From an uncultured virus (IMG/VR IMGVR_UViG_3300021964_000035) (lineage: Duplodnaviria > Heunggongvirae > Uroviricota > Caudoviricetes), in IMG/VR virus record IMGVR_UViG_3300021964_000035: a stretch of DNA of 64,000 bases. One strand, written 5' to 3'. A program made the position numbers and the translations under genes. The notes beneath the pieces are model-generated. The model searched no databases. It was not told where the DNA came from and was given only the letters and a program-made list of their open reading frames with translations. Shown one piece after another: positions 29,852-38,967 of this stretch; the stretch's first letter is position 1; each line of letters opens with the position of its first letter.

Positions 29852-30388
29852 TCAAGCAGCGTCAGAAATCCACTCGGGGAAGTTCAATTTAGTTCGACCG
29901 AGCTTGTGCGCGACTTGATCCCATGCTCGTGCAGCTTCTATGGGACTCTTATAATATCCGATATGCACATATGAATTCTTAGTTCGGATAGTTGCGCGGT
30001 ATTTGTTGGTGTCCTTTATCTGACAGACCCCGATGAATTTCTGGTTCCCGTAACTACGCCCACGATTCAACTCCCCTTCAGTGACAAGCCGCAGGTTGTT
30101 GAGCTTGTTATTAAAGCCATTCCCATCGGCGTGGAGGATGTCGTAGCCAGCAGGGATCAATCCGTTGTGAAGCACCCACACAATGTGATGGCATTCCCAA
30201 AGTTCGTCTTCGCAACGAACCTTGAAACGTTTGTAGATCTTTGATCCGGCTGGTGAGTTAGGTCGGCGCTTGCCTTTGGGACGACGAGCCTTCCATCGAA
30301 GGCAAGTAGGTGCGTCGGGATCGTAGTACCAGTTTTTAGTGGCATTAGCGGCAAGCCACTCGGCCTGCCGTCGAGAGATAACGTTCAC
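29852..30388 (-). CDS. HNH-AP2 homing endonuclease
   Basis: HHIVW..ILHADGNGFNNKLNNLR; FIGV..KYRATI..HIGYY..EAARAWD..LNFP. Confidence 0.85.
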   Translation of the reverse strand: MNVISRRQAEWLAANATKNWYYDPDAPTCLRWKARRPKGKRRPNSPAGSKIYKRFKVRCEDELWECHHIVWVLHNGLIPAGYDILHADGNGFNNKLNNLRLVTEGELNRGRSYGNQKFIGVCQIKDTNKYRATIRTKNSYVHIGYYKSPIEAARAWDQVAHKLGRTKLNFPEWISDAA

Positions 30389-30582
30389 TCTTCAGGTGGA
30401 AAGTTGAGAGAGGACACTGATCTGCCGAGAGCGATAGCAGCTTTGTCGTAAGCCTTAGCTGCAGCTACCGAACCGGTGAAGTATCCGATGTGGATTTGTT
30501 TGTTGTTTGCGTAGATCACCGCACGGTAGCGGCTGAGTCTGCTTACAAAGTTGACTCCTTTGAACTTGCGCTCACTGGGCAT
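30385..30582 (-). CDS. Stand-alone AP2 domain protein
   Basis: FKGV..RYRAVI..HIGYF..AAKAYDKAA..LNFP. Confidence 0.8.
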   Translation of the reverse strand: MPSERKFKGVNFVSRLSRYRAVIYANNKQIHIGYFTGSVAAAKAYDKAAIALGRSVSSLNFPPEE

Positions 30583-30935
30583 CAGAACTTGTTCATGCTG
30601 GATTGATTTGGCTCAATCGTATCATCGTCATCAGGTTCTTCGAGGACCTCTTCCTCTTCTTCAGATTCAATAAAGAACTCAGAGACCTGGTAGTCAAAGC
30701 CCTTCTGATGTGAGTTGAGCTCGTTGCTAATGCATAGAGCACCACAGAAAGACTCCGTCACAAGTTCAGCAACAGAGTCGGCATCTCGGACCTTGCCATC
30801 AGGAGCGATGCACTCGGTGAGCAGTTGGGTGGAGAGATTGACGGCGATGAGCTTTTCGATTCGCTTGATCAGCTCCGTGGTCAATTCAATCTGCTGGCGT
30901 TGCAGCTTGAGAATCTGATCGAACTTGGCTCCCAT
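30582..30935 (-). CDS. Hypothetical protein with acidic tail
   Basis: TGATG coupling with the downstream gene. Confidence 0.65.
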   Translation of the reverse strand: MGAKFDQILKLQRQQIELTTELIKRIEKLIAVNLSTQLLTECIAPDGKVRDADSVAELVTESFCGALCISNELNSHQKGFDYQVSEFFIESEEEEEVLEEPDDDDTIEPNQSSMNKF

Positions 30936-31473
30936 GAGCTACCGCATCCAGGTCAATAAGATCGCTCCAATCTAGTGCGTACTCGAGGCTCACACTATCT
31001 TGCCACTGATCCTGATGCCTAAAGACAAACCAAGCTGATGTGACGGAGTCTTTCTGGCTGCCAAGCTGTCGGAAGTTTGGTCGAGGGCTGAAGATGATAA
31101 GGTTGCTCATTTTGTAAGCGAGCAGAAAGTCACGTCTTTTTGCGACGGGCTCCAGGAAGGTCAAGCGCTCGAGCAGACATACGCCTTGCATGGCAATGGC
31201 CATCCCATATTTCAGGATGTACTCCGTGTGCTCTTTCAACCCAACGGTCGTCTGCACTATGTAGTCGTAACCCTGACCTCGTTGTTTTAACCACCAGGTT
31301 GGGTCAAGCAAATTGTCGGGATCGCTATTGCTGACCACGGAAACGTTTTGGTTCTTGAGCTCAGCTTCGAGCCGACCATCTATGTCGTAGGGGATGAAGA
31401 CCTTGCCATCGAGAAGGACCCTTTTGCTGAGCGCGTGGCCGACGCCCTGCGGTGTTTGATAGAAGGAAGCCAT
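30886..31473 (-). CDS. DNA MTase-fold protein with degenerate motifs I and IV
   Basis: FYQTP; LLERLTFLEP..RR; RPNF; DSVTSAWFVF present, but EPCAGDG reads IPYDIDG and TNPPF reads QTTVG. Confidence 0.65.
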   Translation of the reverse strand: MASFYQTPQGVGHALSKRVLLDGKVFIPYDIDGRLEAELKNQNVSVVSNSDPDNLLDPTWWLKQRGQGYDYIVQTTVGLKEHTEYILKYGMAIAMQGVCLLERLTFLEPVAKRRDFLLAYKMSNLIIFSPRPNFRQLGSQKDSVTSAWFVFRHQDQWQDSVSLEYALDWSDLIDLDAVAHGSQVRSDSQAATPAD

Positions 31474-31537
31474 TGTTTTGTTAAAGAATTGAAAGCGTTG
31501 GTGAGGCTAAAGTGTACGGATAACCTGCGTGCTCGCT

Positions 31538-31780
31538 ATGGAGATCGCTTGGTTCACGATGGAGAATGAGTTTGCGCATGCTCGTGTTATGGGCAGCGCC
31601 GCAAAACTCGACAAGGCTGAACTGCTCGAAGTCTTCGACATAATCCATAAGCAGTATCAGCTCAGGGGAAGACTGTTCACGCAGCTTTTGAAGCATTGTG
31701 CATCGGCTGGCGTAGAGCTTCCTCCTTTGAACGAGTTGTTAGAACCCAGCACGGCTCAGCACCCAGAGGCGAGCGAATAA
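31538..31780 (+). CDS. nblA: NblA-like protein (copy 2)
   Basis: FTMENEFAHARV..AAKLDKAELLEVF..IHKQYQLRGRLFTQLLK; own TAAAGT box. Confidence 0.55.
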   Translation: MEIAWFTMENEFAHARVMGSAAKLDKAELLEVFDIIHKQYQLRGRLFTQLLKHCASAGVELPPLNELLEPSTAQHPEASE

Positions 31781-32117
31781 ACCCAATACGTTCGATGTAC
31801 CGGGAGATCACCTCGACGCTGGTCGACTGTGGTCTTGCAAAGATAACAGCGTTTTCAGGGAGCTCAAGGATCAAGCTTTTAAACAAAGACATTGCTTTAT
31901 AGACTGTTGTAGACGGTGCGCCTGTGTGCGGAACATTGGTCTTACGAGACCGCTTGTTCTTACGGTTCTCGATCCAGTCGCATGATGCACGCTTGGACTT
32001 GGTGATGCACACCGCTCCTTCCCAGTAGTCAGAGCGCGTGGGGATGAAGCGGTAGACCCAGACGCTGATCCAGAAGCCTTTGTGCTTGATTCTTTTGACG
32101 CGAGTATTTTTCCGCAT
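31677..32117 (-). CDS. Hypothetical basic protein
   Basis: Likely start MRKNTRVK directly after a terminator. Confidence 0.6.
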   Translation of the reverse strand: MRKNTRVKRIKHKGFWISVWVYRFIPTRSDYWEGAVCITKSKRASCDWIENRKNKRSRKTNVPHTGAPSTTVYKAMSLFKSLILELPENAVIFARPQSTSVEVISRYIERIGFIRSPLGAEPCWVLTTRSKEEALRQPMHNASKAA

Positions 32118-32147
32118 AAAAAAAGGGGCCGCAACGGTGACGGCCCC
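32118..32147 (-). terminator. Intrinsic terminator
   Basis: GGGGCCG/CGGCCCC stem followed by T7 on the minus strand. Confidence 0.8.
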
Positions 32148-32161
32148 TGAGACATTCCACG

Positions 32162-32980
32162 TCAGAAGTCTATCCCAAGTTTCTTGGCTTGCTCTGGCGT
32201 TAGCTCTACAGCTTTCTTCTTTTTGCTGTCGGCAGCGGGAGGAGCGGTAGTCTCCACCACTTCGACTTTGGCGTTCAGCGGATTGGCATCCGCAGGAAGC
32301 GCTGCAAGGCTCGGCGCAGGGAGGGCATTGTTTGCCTCGAAGGCCGCCTTGATCTGAGCGTGGTCCTCTCCAAGGGGTAGTTCCACAAGGTTGGATCCTG
32401 GGATGCTCGAGCGAAGAGCGTTGGCCACCGACGACGCTCCGCTGGACTGAAGCCACTCATTGATGTCCGCAATGAGTTTCTTCTCTTCGTCTGATTCAGC
32501 TGGTCGATCGCTGAACTCAACCGCGTTGTAATTGATCTTTGCGCCGTCCGCGCCAGTGACCGGATCCCGCTCATTGAAGGACTTGGTAACGAACTTGGTG
32601 GTAGTGATGACAGAAGCACAGTTGATTCTGTTGTTGTACAGCGTCTGGAAGTAGCTGATGAACCCCTTCTGAGAGGTCTTACCACTGATTATCGTTGAGG
32701 TGACGCAGCGAGGCGGGAGGAGCCTGTGGTTGGGTGAGACGCCGATGTAAGCAATACGGATGAATTCCTCTCCATGACGCATACCGAGGTTTCCGTAGAA
32801 AGGAGTGAAACCAAGGAGAACAAAGTTAAGAGGAATGCCGTTGCCATTAGCGTCGACGATTGCGGATTCAGAGTCGACATCAGACTTCCAGCGGCGTTGC
32901 TGAAGGTCGATGCGCAGAGTGTGGGGAGGGCAGTTGCAGAGGATTTCGTCCTCTTCAAATTGGCCAGCGATAAAAACCAT
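32162..32980 (-). CDS. Hypothetical replication/recombination-region protein
   Basis: 272 aa next to SSB; flexible tail ending IDF. Confidence 0.7.
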   Translation of the reverse strand: MVFIAGQFEEDEILCNCPPHTLRIDLQQRRWKSDVDSESAIVDANGNGIPLNFVLLGFTPFYGNLGMRHGEEFIRIAYIGVSPNHRLLPPRCVTSTIISGKTSQKGFISYFQTLYNNRINCASVITTTKFVTKSFNERDPVTGADGAKINYNAVEFSDRPAESDEEKKLIADINEWLQSSGASSVANALRSSIPGSNLVELPLGEDHAQIKAAFEANNALPAPSLAALPADANPLNAKVEVVETTAPPAADSKKKKAVELTPEQAKKLGIDF

Positions 32981-33000
32981 GATGAGTCAGGAAGCAGGAA

Positions 33001-33645
33001 TCAAAGAGAGAAGTCGATTGAACCGATAGCGGCAGCGGACACCTTTCCCTTGTCGGGATCGGCAGCCTTCTTAGGAGTCGAGCGTTGGGTTTTAGGAAGG
33101 TAGAGAACCTTGTCCAAGGTGTAGTTTAGGTAGGACTTTTCGTCCTTCTCTGAGGTCGAGACTCGACCAACGGCGACGGTCGGCGTACCAGGAGACAGCT
33201 CGGAAAGCTGCTTCGAAAGGTCTCCCCAAGCGGTCAGTTTGAACCACTGGGTTTCTTGACCTTCGTCTTGCCAAGCCAGAGAACGATTGGTGACCGTGGT
33301 ATCGGTCAGCTCAACCTGGTCTGACTTGGGACCGAGACCACCTGCAGCAACAAAGAAGTTGACCGCCAGGAGATCCTGGAAGTTTTCTTCGGTGACGATC
33401 AGCATTGCTTGCATTTGCAGCACGCCGTCGGGAGTTGCCCGCGTGGGACCGATTGCCAAAAAGGTCTGATCTTTTTTGAGGTCGGCCATGAGCTTGCCGA
33501 CGTAATGATCTTTCTTTTGGAGGACTTGGACTTTGGATGCGACGCGCTTGTCGTTAGAGGGAAGCGCCTCAGCGAGGACGTTGATTGCGTCGTCAGTGGT
33601 TTGAGACTCAGCAGTGACTCTGAGACCTAGAACAAAAACGTTCAT
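33001..33645 (-). CDS. ssb: Single-stranded DNA-binding protein, probably tandem OB folds
   Basis: ETQWFKLTAWGDLSKQL..LSPG.P.VAVGRV. Confidence 0.7.
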   Translation of the reverse strand: MNVFVLGLRVTAESQTTDDAINVLAEALPSNDKRVASKVQVLQKKDHYVGKLMADLKKDQTFLAIGPTRATPDGVLQMQAMLIVTEENFQDLLAVNFFVAAGGLGPKSDQVELTDTTVTNRSLAWQDEGQETQWFKLTAWGDLSKQLSELSPGTPTVAVGRVSTSEKDEKSYLNYTLDKVLYLPKTQRSTPKKAADPDKGKVSAAAIGSIDFSL

Positions 33646-34192
33646 CTTTGAGCTTTCGGTAGATCGTTGAACGGTGAACTTTAAGCGCCTTGGCGATCTG
33701 GGTAACCGAGATCCCTTGGCCCAGAAAGGCTAAGAGCAACTGATCGTCTCCAGCACTGAGCTTCTGGTTCTTTTTAGATTTGGATGAGTAGTCAGTGTGA
33801 TAAGGATTAATACATGCTTTGCATGAACACGAGGGCCTGGCAATCGCGTCGTCTTTGGGTATGTCTAAGTACTTTAGGATGACATTACGAACATACAGTC
33901 GTTTACGGAACACATACACGCAAGGAACGTTGTTACAGAACGAACCATTCCATAAAAAGCAGTCCGGATGCGTGAAGTCGTTGGCTGCCAGCTTTTTAAA
34001 AAGTATTGATAGCGGAGTGTCTTTGCACTCCCAATAGTTGAGCTCGAATTGATCCCCCTCGAGGGCTCGGCAGATATCTTCAGCTTGTGCTTGCGCGTGG
34101 CTGGTGTCGTTCGCTGAAATCGGAAGCGACAGCTTTTGCTTCCCCTTCCGGAGAACCAGCTGGTAATGGTTAGACGAGGGGTTTGAACTCAA
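33608..34192 (-). CDS. Degenerate HNH Zn-loop plus C-terminal HTH protein
   Basis: DCFLWNG..ARPSCSCKACINPYH; GISVTQIAKALKVHRSTIYRKL. Confidence 0.7.
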   Translation of the reverse strand: MSSNPSSNHYQLVLRKGKQKLSLPISANDTSHAQAQAEDICRALEGDQFELNYWECKDTPLSILFKKLAANDFTHPDCFLWNGSFCNNVPCVYVFRKRLYVRNVILKYLDIPKDDAIARPSCSCKACINPYHTDYSSKSKKNQKLSAGDDQLLLAFLGQGISVTQIAKALKVHRSTIYRKLKDERFCSRSQSHC

Positions 34193-34593
34193 TCTTGTGA
34201 CCCTTCGCCAGCTTGTTTTGCAAGTTCGCGTGCGACTTGTGTGGTTGCGCCTCCCAAGACGTTTCCAACGATATCTCCGGCAGCAAATGCATAAGGATTT
34301 TTGAACCGGGACCGAACCAGCCGACCGCCGATTTCTGCCGCAGTAATGTCTGTGGCCGCCTCTACGGGATCTTCGCCTTGCTTTACTCGATTGACGAAAT
34401 CAGTTACAGGAAACCCGTACTCCAGACTCATCCTGACAGCTCTTTGAGCAGGAGGAGGCAAACGGCTATAAGCCTCACCTGCCATCCTGGGCACCCTTGT
34501 TAACTGTTGAAGGCCTTTTCCCGCGAGGCCTAGACCGCCGCCAACTACGTTGATTAAACCAACCAGAGGACCTAAACCGCCGTCGTCACCCAC
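34189..34593 (-). CDS. Gly-rich hypothetical protein
   Basis: ORF track; RMAGE motif. Confidence 0.55.
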   Translation of the reverse strand: MGDDGGLGPLVGLINVVGGGLGLAGKGLQQLTRVPRMAGEAYSRLPPPAQRAVRMSLEYGFPVTDFVNRVKQGEDPVEAATDITAAEIGGRLVRSRFKNPYAFAAGDIVGNVLGGATTQVARELAKQAGEGSQD

Positions 34594-34620
34594 AGTTCAT
34601 ACCTGTACCGTTTACTAAAT

Positions 34621-35196
34621 CTACTTCTTATTTCGCATCCAGTAGCGACGCAGCTCGTGGCCAGGACCCACTACCCCGTTGAGAGTTTTGACCATATTCA
34701 TCGCTTCTTCAAAGCTTGGGTAAAGCTCGGCGAATTCTTTTTGGTCGCAGTACTCCGCCACCGATTTACCGGTCAGACTTTTATGTAGGTAGTTCCCGGT
34801 CTTACGGTCTTTAATGACCCAGACCTCACGGAACGTCAGCCCAGTTTGAGCAGCGATAGAGGACATTTCCTCCTCACCGTACAGTTCGGTAGCACATCCA
34901 TCAATTTTAAGTTTCGACTTAGTTATCTTTGGTTTTTTAAAGGTTTTGGGTTTAGGCTCTTCTACCTTCTTAATGGTCGGCGCCTTCGTAATTGTCGCCT
35001 CGATGTTGTTGGCTTTCTTTAGTGCTCTTGCTTTGTTTGCAGCTTGCAAGGCAGTGTCAAAAGAGCACTCAGTCATATAAAGCTTATTACCTGCGTTGAT
35101 AACGCCGTACCAAACCAGCCCTTTCTTGACTGTAAAGATCTCCTTACCCTCTTGAATCTCCAGCTCGAAGAGATCAGAAACGGATTTCGTGGTCAT
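34621..35196 (-). CDS. Hypothetical protein with Lys-rich linker
   Basis: ATGA coupling to polA stop. Confidence 0.65.
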   Translation of the reverse strand: MTTKSVSDLFELEIQEGKEIFTVKKGLVWYGVINAGNKLYMTECSFDTALQAANKARALKKANNIEATITKAPTIKKVEEPKPKTFKKPKITKSKLKIDGCATELYGEEEMSSIAAQTGLTFREVWVIKDRKTGNYLHKSLTGKSVAEYCDQKEFAELYPSFEEAMNMVKTLNGVVGPGHELRRYWMRNKK

Positions 35197-37085
35197 TTTG
35201 CTGCCCATGAGCTACCTACTGATGCGTCTGCACTGGCTGGCACCGACTTTAATACGTGTTCTGCGGCAGTGATCATGGTGGTTTCCAGTACTTCTTTGTA
35301 GTGCTCGGCCTTGTCCTCACGGACTTCGAGCACCAATTCGTCATGCACTGCAGCTACGAGGTGCACGTCATCGCAGAGATGGTCGTTGAGTTCCGCGATT
35401 GCGATCTTCAAGATGTCAGCGCCTGAGCCCTGAATCAAAGTGTTTGCGCTGACCATCATTGACGCATCGTTGTAGCTAAGTAGACGGCGTCTACCAAGGG
35501 CTGTTCGGGTGTACGCCCAACCGTCATCGACCAAGGCTGCGCGTTCCCTGTGCCACGAACGAAGTCTCGGGTACGCCCTGTGGAAAGCCATGTGCGCAAC
35601 CTTGGCATCACTGAGGCTGATGATTTTGCCGGATTGCGCAGCGTAGGTTTTGTACTTTCGGAAACCCATTCCGTACAGCAGAGCGAAGTTCAACGTCTTG
35701 CCGTCTTGGCGCTGATCTTTTGTGACCTCCTCGATTCCGACGTTGTAGATCAAGCTCGCTGTAAGAGTATGGAGGTCGATCCCCTCGCTAAAGGCCTGCT
35801 TCATTTGAGGGATGTTGATCAGCTCAGCCCCAAGACGCAGTTCGATCTGAGCCCAGTCGCAGATAACTAGCTTGAAACCCGGTGCTGGGATAAAGCACTC
35901 ACGGAAGTCTTTGGTTCTCGGGACCTGCTGGATGTTGACTCCGAACTGTGTCTTTGGTTTTTTCTTTGATCCTTTCGGCGCTCCGCTGCTGGTAAACCGC
36001 CCGGAGTTTGCGCCCACTTGGTTGTACCCAGAGTGGATCCTTCCAGTAACAGGATTGATATTTAAGAGAAGTTTTTCTACGTGTTCGACACGGGTTTCAA
36101 GCTTGACCCTTTCCCTGTACAAGTTCAGGGTCGGATCATCACTATCGAACTCGGCCAATGCAATTTGGTTCAGCGTGGTCTTGTTTGTCTTTTGATCGAC
36201 GGGAAGCTCGATGCCGCAAAGACTGAAGGCCTTCGCTACCTGCATCGTTGAGCCAGGATTAAATTCTTTCTTGGCGTTTTTACCTACGGCAATTTCGCCC
36301 TGATCGTTTCGAGGAAGCTTTGCTTGATCGGGTAAGCGAGCATCTAAGGAGTTGATAAACTCAGCTGTTTTTACTTCGAGCTTTTTCTGAATCTCGAGTT
36401 CAAGCTCCAGGAGTTTTGCTTTGTCGACGCCAAAACCACGGGAGCACATCCGTGCTACTGGTCGGATGCATTTGGATTCGATGCTGTAAATGGGTAAAAG
36501 ATTCTCCTCGCGCATCTCAGAGAGTTGCTCTGCTGCCAGACGTGGCAAGATGTCTACATCTCGAGCGGCATATTCGATCTGTTCGGGGTCAAGTTCTTCT
36601 TTGCTCCAGTCTGAAACCTGCTGCTGTTTATCTATTTCGATCTCAAAGCGTCGCTCCAGACAGGCTTTAAGGCTGCAGCTGACGTCCTCGAAGTATTGCT
36701 TTTGCGCCTGCGGTGAGATCTTGGCTTCTTTGAATCCAGCACGCAGGATTCGTTCAGCTATGTAAGTGCAGAAGATCTTGTTTTTGAAGTCGATGCCAAG
36801 GTAAAGAAGGAACTGGAGATCAAAGTTGAGGTTGTGCCCAATGAGCATCTCCCGTGACTCAATGAACTCCTTAAGTTCTGAGGTGCAAGGAGATTTAAAG
36901 AGATCGATCACGTAGACCGTTCTGTCCTGCTCGGCCGGATCAGCGTTACAGATTTGAATCAGACGCGGTTTAGCGATACCGGCTTGCAGACCAGTCGTCT
37001 CGAAGTCAAGGCAGATTTTTGCTGAATCAAATTCAGCAAGAAACGAACCCAGTTGTTGAGGGGTCTCGATCAGTTTTATTTTCAC
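35193..37085 (-). CDS. polA: Family A DNA polymerase with 3'-5' exonuclease
   Basis: LDFETTGL, GHNLNFD, YAARD; DWAQIELR, RQDGKTLNFALLYG, VHDELV; GTG start overlapping the upstream TGA. Confidence 0.95.
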   Translation of the reverse strand: MKIKLIETPQQLGSFLAEFDSAKICLDFETTGLQAGIAKPRLIQICNADPAEQDRTVYVIDLFKSPCTSELKEFIESREMLIGHNLNFDLQFLLYLGIDFKNKIFCTYIAERILRAGFKEAKISPQAQKQYFEDVSCSLKACLERRFEIEIDKQQQVSDWSKEELDPEQIEYAARDVDILPRLAAEQLSEMREENLLPIYSIESKCIRPVARMCSRGFGVDKAKLLELELEIQKKLEVKTAEFINSLDARLPDQAKLPRNDQGEIAVGKNAKKEFNPGSTMQVAKAFSLCGIELPVDQKTNKTTLNQIALAEFDSDDPTLNLYRERVKLETRVEHVEKLLLNINPVTGRIHSGYNQVGANSGRFTSSGAPKGSKKKPKTQFGVNIQQVPRTKDFRECFIPAPGFKLVICDWAQIELRLGAELINIPQMKQAFSEGIDLHTLTASLIYNVGIEEVTKDQRQDGKTLNFALLYGMGFRKYKTYAAQSGKIISLSDAKVAHMAFHRAYPRLRSWHRERAALVDDGWAYTRTALGRRRLLSYNDASMMVSANTLIQGSGADILKIAIAELNDHLCDDVHLVAAVHDELVLEVREDKAEHYKEVLETTMITAAEHVLKSVPASADASVGSSWAAK

Positions 37086-37483
37086 GCTTCGTCCTCGCGG
37101 GTGAAGTAGTTGCACTCGCTTGCAAACAACTCGTCTACTGCGTCAGGCAAGCCGAGCCGACAACCTCCTTCAACGTAATGAACACAATCACTGCAGTGAC
37201 GTTCGCCGTCTGGCTGGTTCGTACAAGCCTGTACCTCAGCTTCCCAGCGTGGCTGACCGATGGCGCTCAGGATCTTATTGAGCATCCTCTCTGAGTCGAG
37301 GAGCTGGTTGTATCGCTTCTCAGGGAGTGTGAAGTTGGTTGAGCGCTCTCCACAGAACGTGCACTCGAGCCGTCTTCTTTGTCCACCTGGCTGCAGTCGG
37401 AGCTTTCTGCTCTCAATTACGCCGATCGTTGTCTTCCCACAGTGGCCGCAAACGAAGGCTGGGTCCTTGGCATTTAATGACAT
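37082..37483 (-). CDS. NrdR-N-like zinc-ribbon protein
   Basis: CGHCG...VIESR...RRRLECTFCGERSTN plus extra C-terminal Cys cluster. Confidence 0.7.
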   Translation of the reverse strand: MSLNAKDPAFVCGHCGKTTIGVIESRKLRLQPGGQRRRLECTFCGERSTNFTLPEKRYNQLLDSERMLNKILSAIGQPRWEAEVQACTNQPDGERHCSDCVHYVEGGCRLGLPDAVDELFASECNYFTREDEA

Positions 37484-38025
37484 TTGGGATAATTAGATGT
37501 CCAGGTCTCCCATGACGGGGCGACCTGCTCTATCCCATTGTAGTGTCCAGTCTTCTCGTAACCCACTAATGGGGATTCCTCCATACGATGAAACACTAGC
37601 TGCCCGATCTTCATTCCTTTCCAGAGTCTCACTGGATGCAGCTTGCGAGCATTGACCAGCTCGAGCGTGAGCTTCGATCCGTTGAAGCCAGGGTCTACGT
37701 AGCCGGCCATCAAGTGTTCAATTCCTTCTCGAGCCCTGGAACTCTTAAGAGCAAATTGCGCTGCAAGTTTTAGGTGCGAAGGCATATTGAGTGTTTCCAT
37801 CGTCTCGCCCAGCACGAACTGGCCCGGATCCAGCAGGAATGGGTCGTGCTCTGAGCTTTGTTCGATTGATACCGTAAACAGCTTGTCACTGTGCTTGACC
37901 TCAACCATGAGGTTGGGTCCGAGTCTTACATCTAACGAAGCTGGGTTAACGAGCGACTCATCGAAAGGGTCGACCAGCAGACCTTCCTGCCCAAGGTTCC
38001 GGATCTGCCAGTCAGCAAGAATCAT
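37474..38025 (-). CDS. dcd: dCTP deaminase
   Basis: NPASLDVRLG; FVLGETME; KSSRAREG; AGYVDPGF..LTLEL; IGQLVF. Confidence 0.92.
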   Translation of the reverse strand: MILADWQIRNLGQEGLLVDPFDESLVNPASLDVRLGPNLMVEVKHSDKLFTVSIEQSSEHDPFLLDPGQFVLGETMETLNMPSHLKLAAQFALKSSRAREGIEHLMAGYVDPGFNGSKLTLELVNARKLHPVRLWKGMKIGQLVFHRMEESPLVGYEKTGHYNGIEQVAPSWETWTSNYPKCH

Positions 38026-38031
38026 CGCAAT

Positions 38032-38058
38032 AAAAAACCCCGCCAATAGTAGCGGGGT
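38032..38058 (-). terminator. Intrinsic terminator
   Basis: CCCCGC/GCGGGG stem followed by a T tract on the minus strand. Confidence 0.75.
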
Positions 38059-38088
38059 CAGTGGGCTTCAAACTCAGACTAGCGACGT

Positions 38089-38925
38089 TTACGCAGCCTT
38101 TTGTTGCTTTCTGGAGTGCCAGAAGTTACGTACGAACTTCTCGACGTCACCCCACTCATCCTTGAGCTGCTTGCCTGCCGCAGTCAACTTGAACACGTAG
38201 TACTTACGCGTCGTGGAAAGCGAGCGTTGATCCGCCTCGGGTTTCCGTGCTCCCTTGGACCACCGAACCTCAGTGGTCACGAGGCCATACTCCTGCATCA
38301 TCTTGAGCCCCGTGGTGACACTCAAGTAAGTAGGAGACACCCAGTACGTTTCGTTCCGACTCACACCTGACTCGCGTTCCATTGGAACTAGAGCCCGGCT
38401 ATCGAGAGGATCGTTCTTGAAACCCTTGAAGAGCAGAGAGGACTCAGGGAACTTCTCGTCTTTCCAGAACTCGTTCGCCCAGTGACTCCCGACCTCACGG
38501 AGAGCCAACATCGTTTCCGTGTCGGCTTGAGCCAGGATCATCGCCGCTCCGACCGTTCGGTAGGACGGATGCTCGACACATTCTTGAATGAAGTCAGCTT
38601 TCTTGATCAGACGCAGCAGCGTAGGCTTTTTGGTGGAAGGGATCTTCCTGATCGCTTTTGCAGGCCTGGCTTTTACGACTGCTGCTTTGGTCGCTGTCGA
38701 TCCGGTTTTTTCCGAAGCAACCTTCCAAGCCAGCGAGGCCAAAGCTGCATCCTGCTTTTCGACGCTGAGAGCGAAGAGCTCCTGGGCGTTCATCACCTGA
38801 GCGTCGAGGTGGTGCTCAAGGTTGATGGTGATCGGCGTGGTTTTGTTGGAAGTGCTGAGTAGTTGCTTTGCTTCGGCGTCGGTCAGGTCAACGCCATTCA
38901 ATTTAAAGAGTAAGTCCATACTCAT
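38089..38925 (-). CDS. Hypothetical protein with possible C-terminal winged helix
   Basis: GLKMMQEYGLV...RKYYVFKLTAAGKQL. Confidence 0.65.
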   Translation of the reverse strand: MSMDLLFKLNGVDLTDAEAKQLLSTSNKTTPITINLEHHLDAQVMNAQELFALSVEKQDAALASLAWKVASEKTGSTATKAAVVKARPAKAIRKIPSTKKPTLLRLIKKADFIQECVEHPSYRTVGAAMILAQADTETMLALREVGSHWANEFWKDEKFPESSLLFKGFKNDPLDSRALVPMERESGVSRNETYWVSPTYLSVTTGLKMMQEYGLVTTEVRWSKGARKPEADQRSLSTTRKYYVFKLTAAGKQLKDEWGDVEKFVRNFWHSRKQQKAA

Positions 38926-38967
38926 GTTTGTTGACGAGAAAAAGATTAGCGCATTTTTCGAGCAAGC

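Noticed and set aside
32118..32456. N-terminal extension of the 259-aa ORF
   Set aside because: Overlaps a real gene and crosses a terminator.
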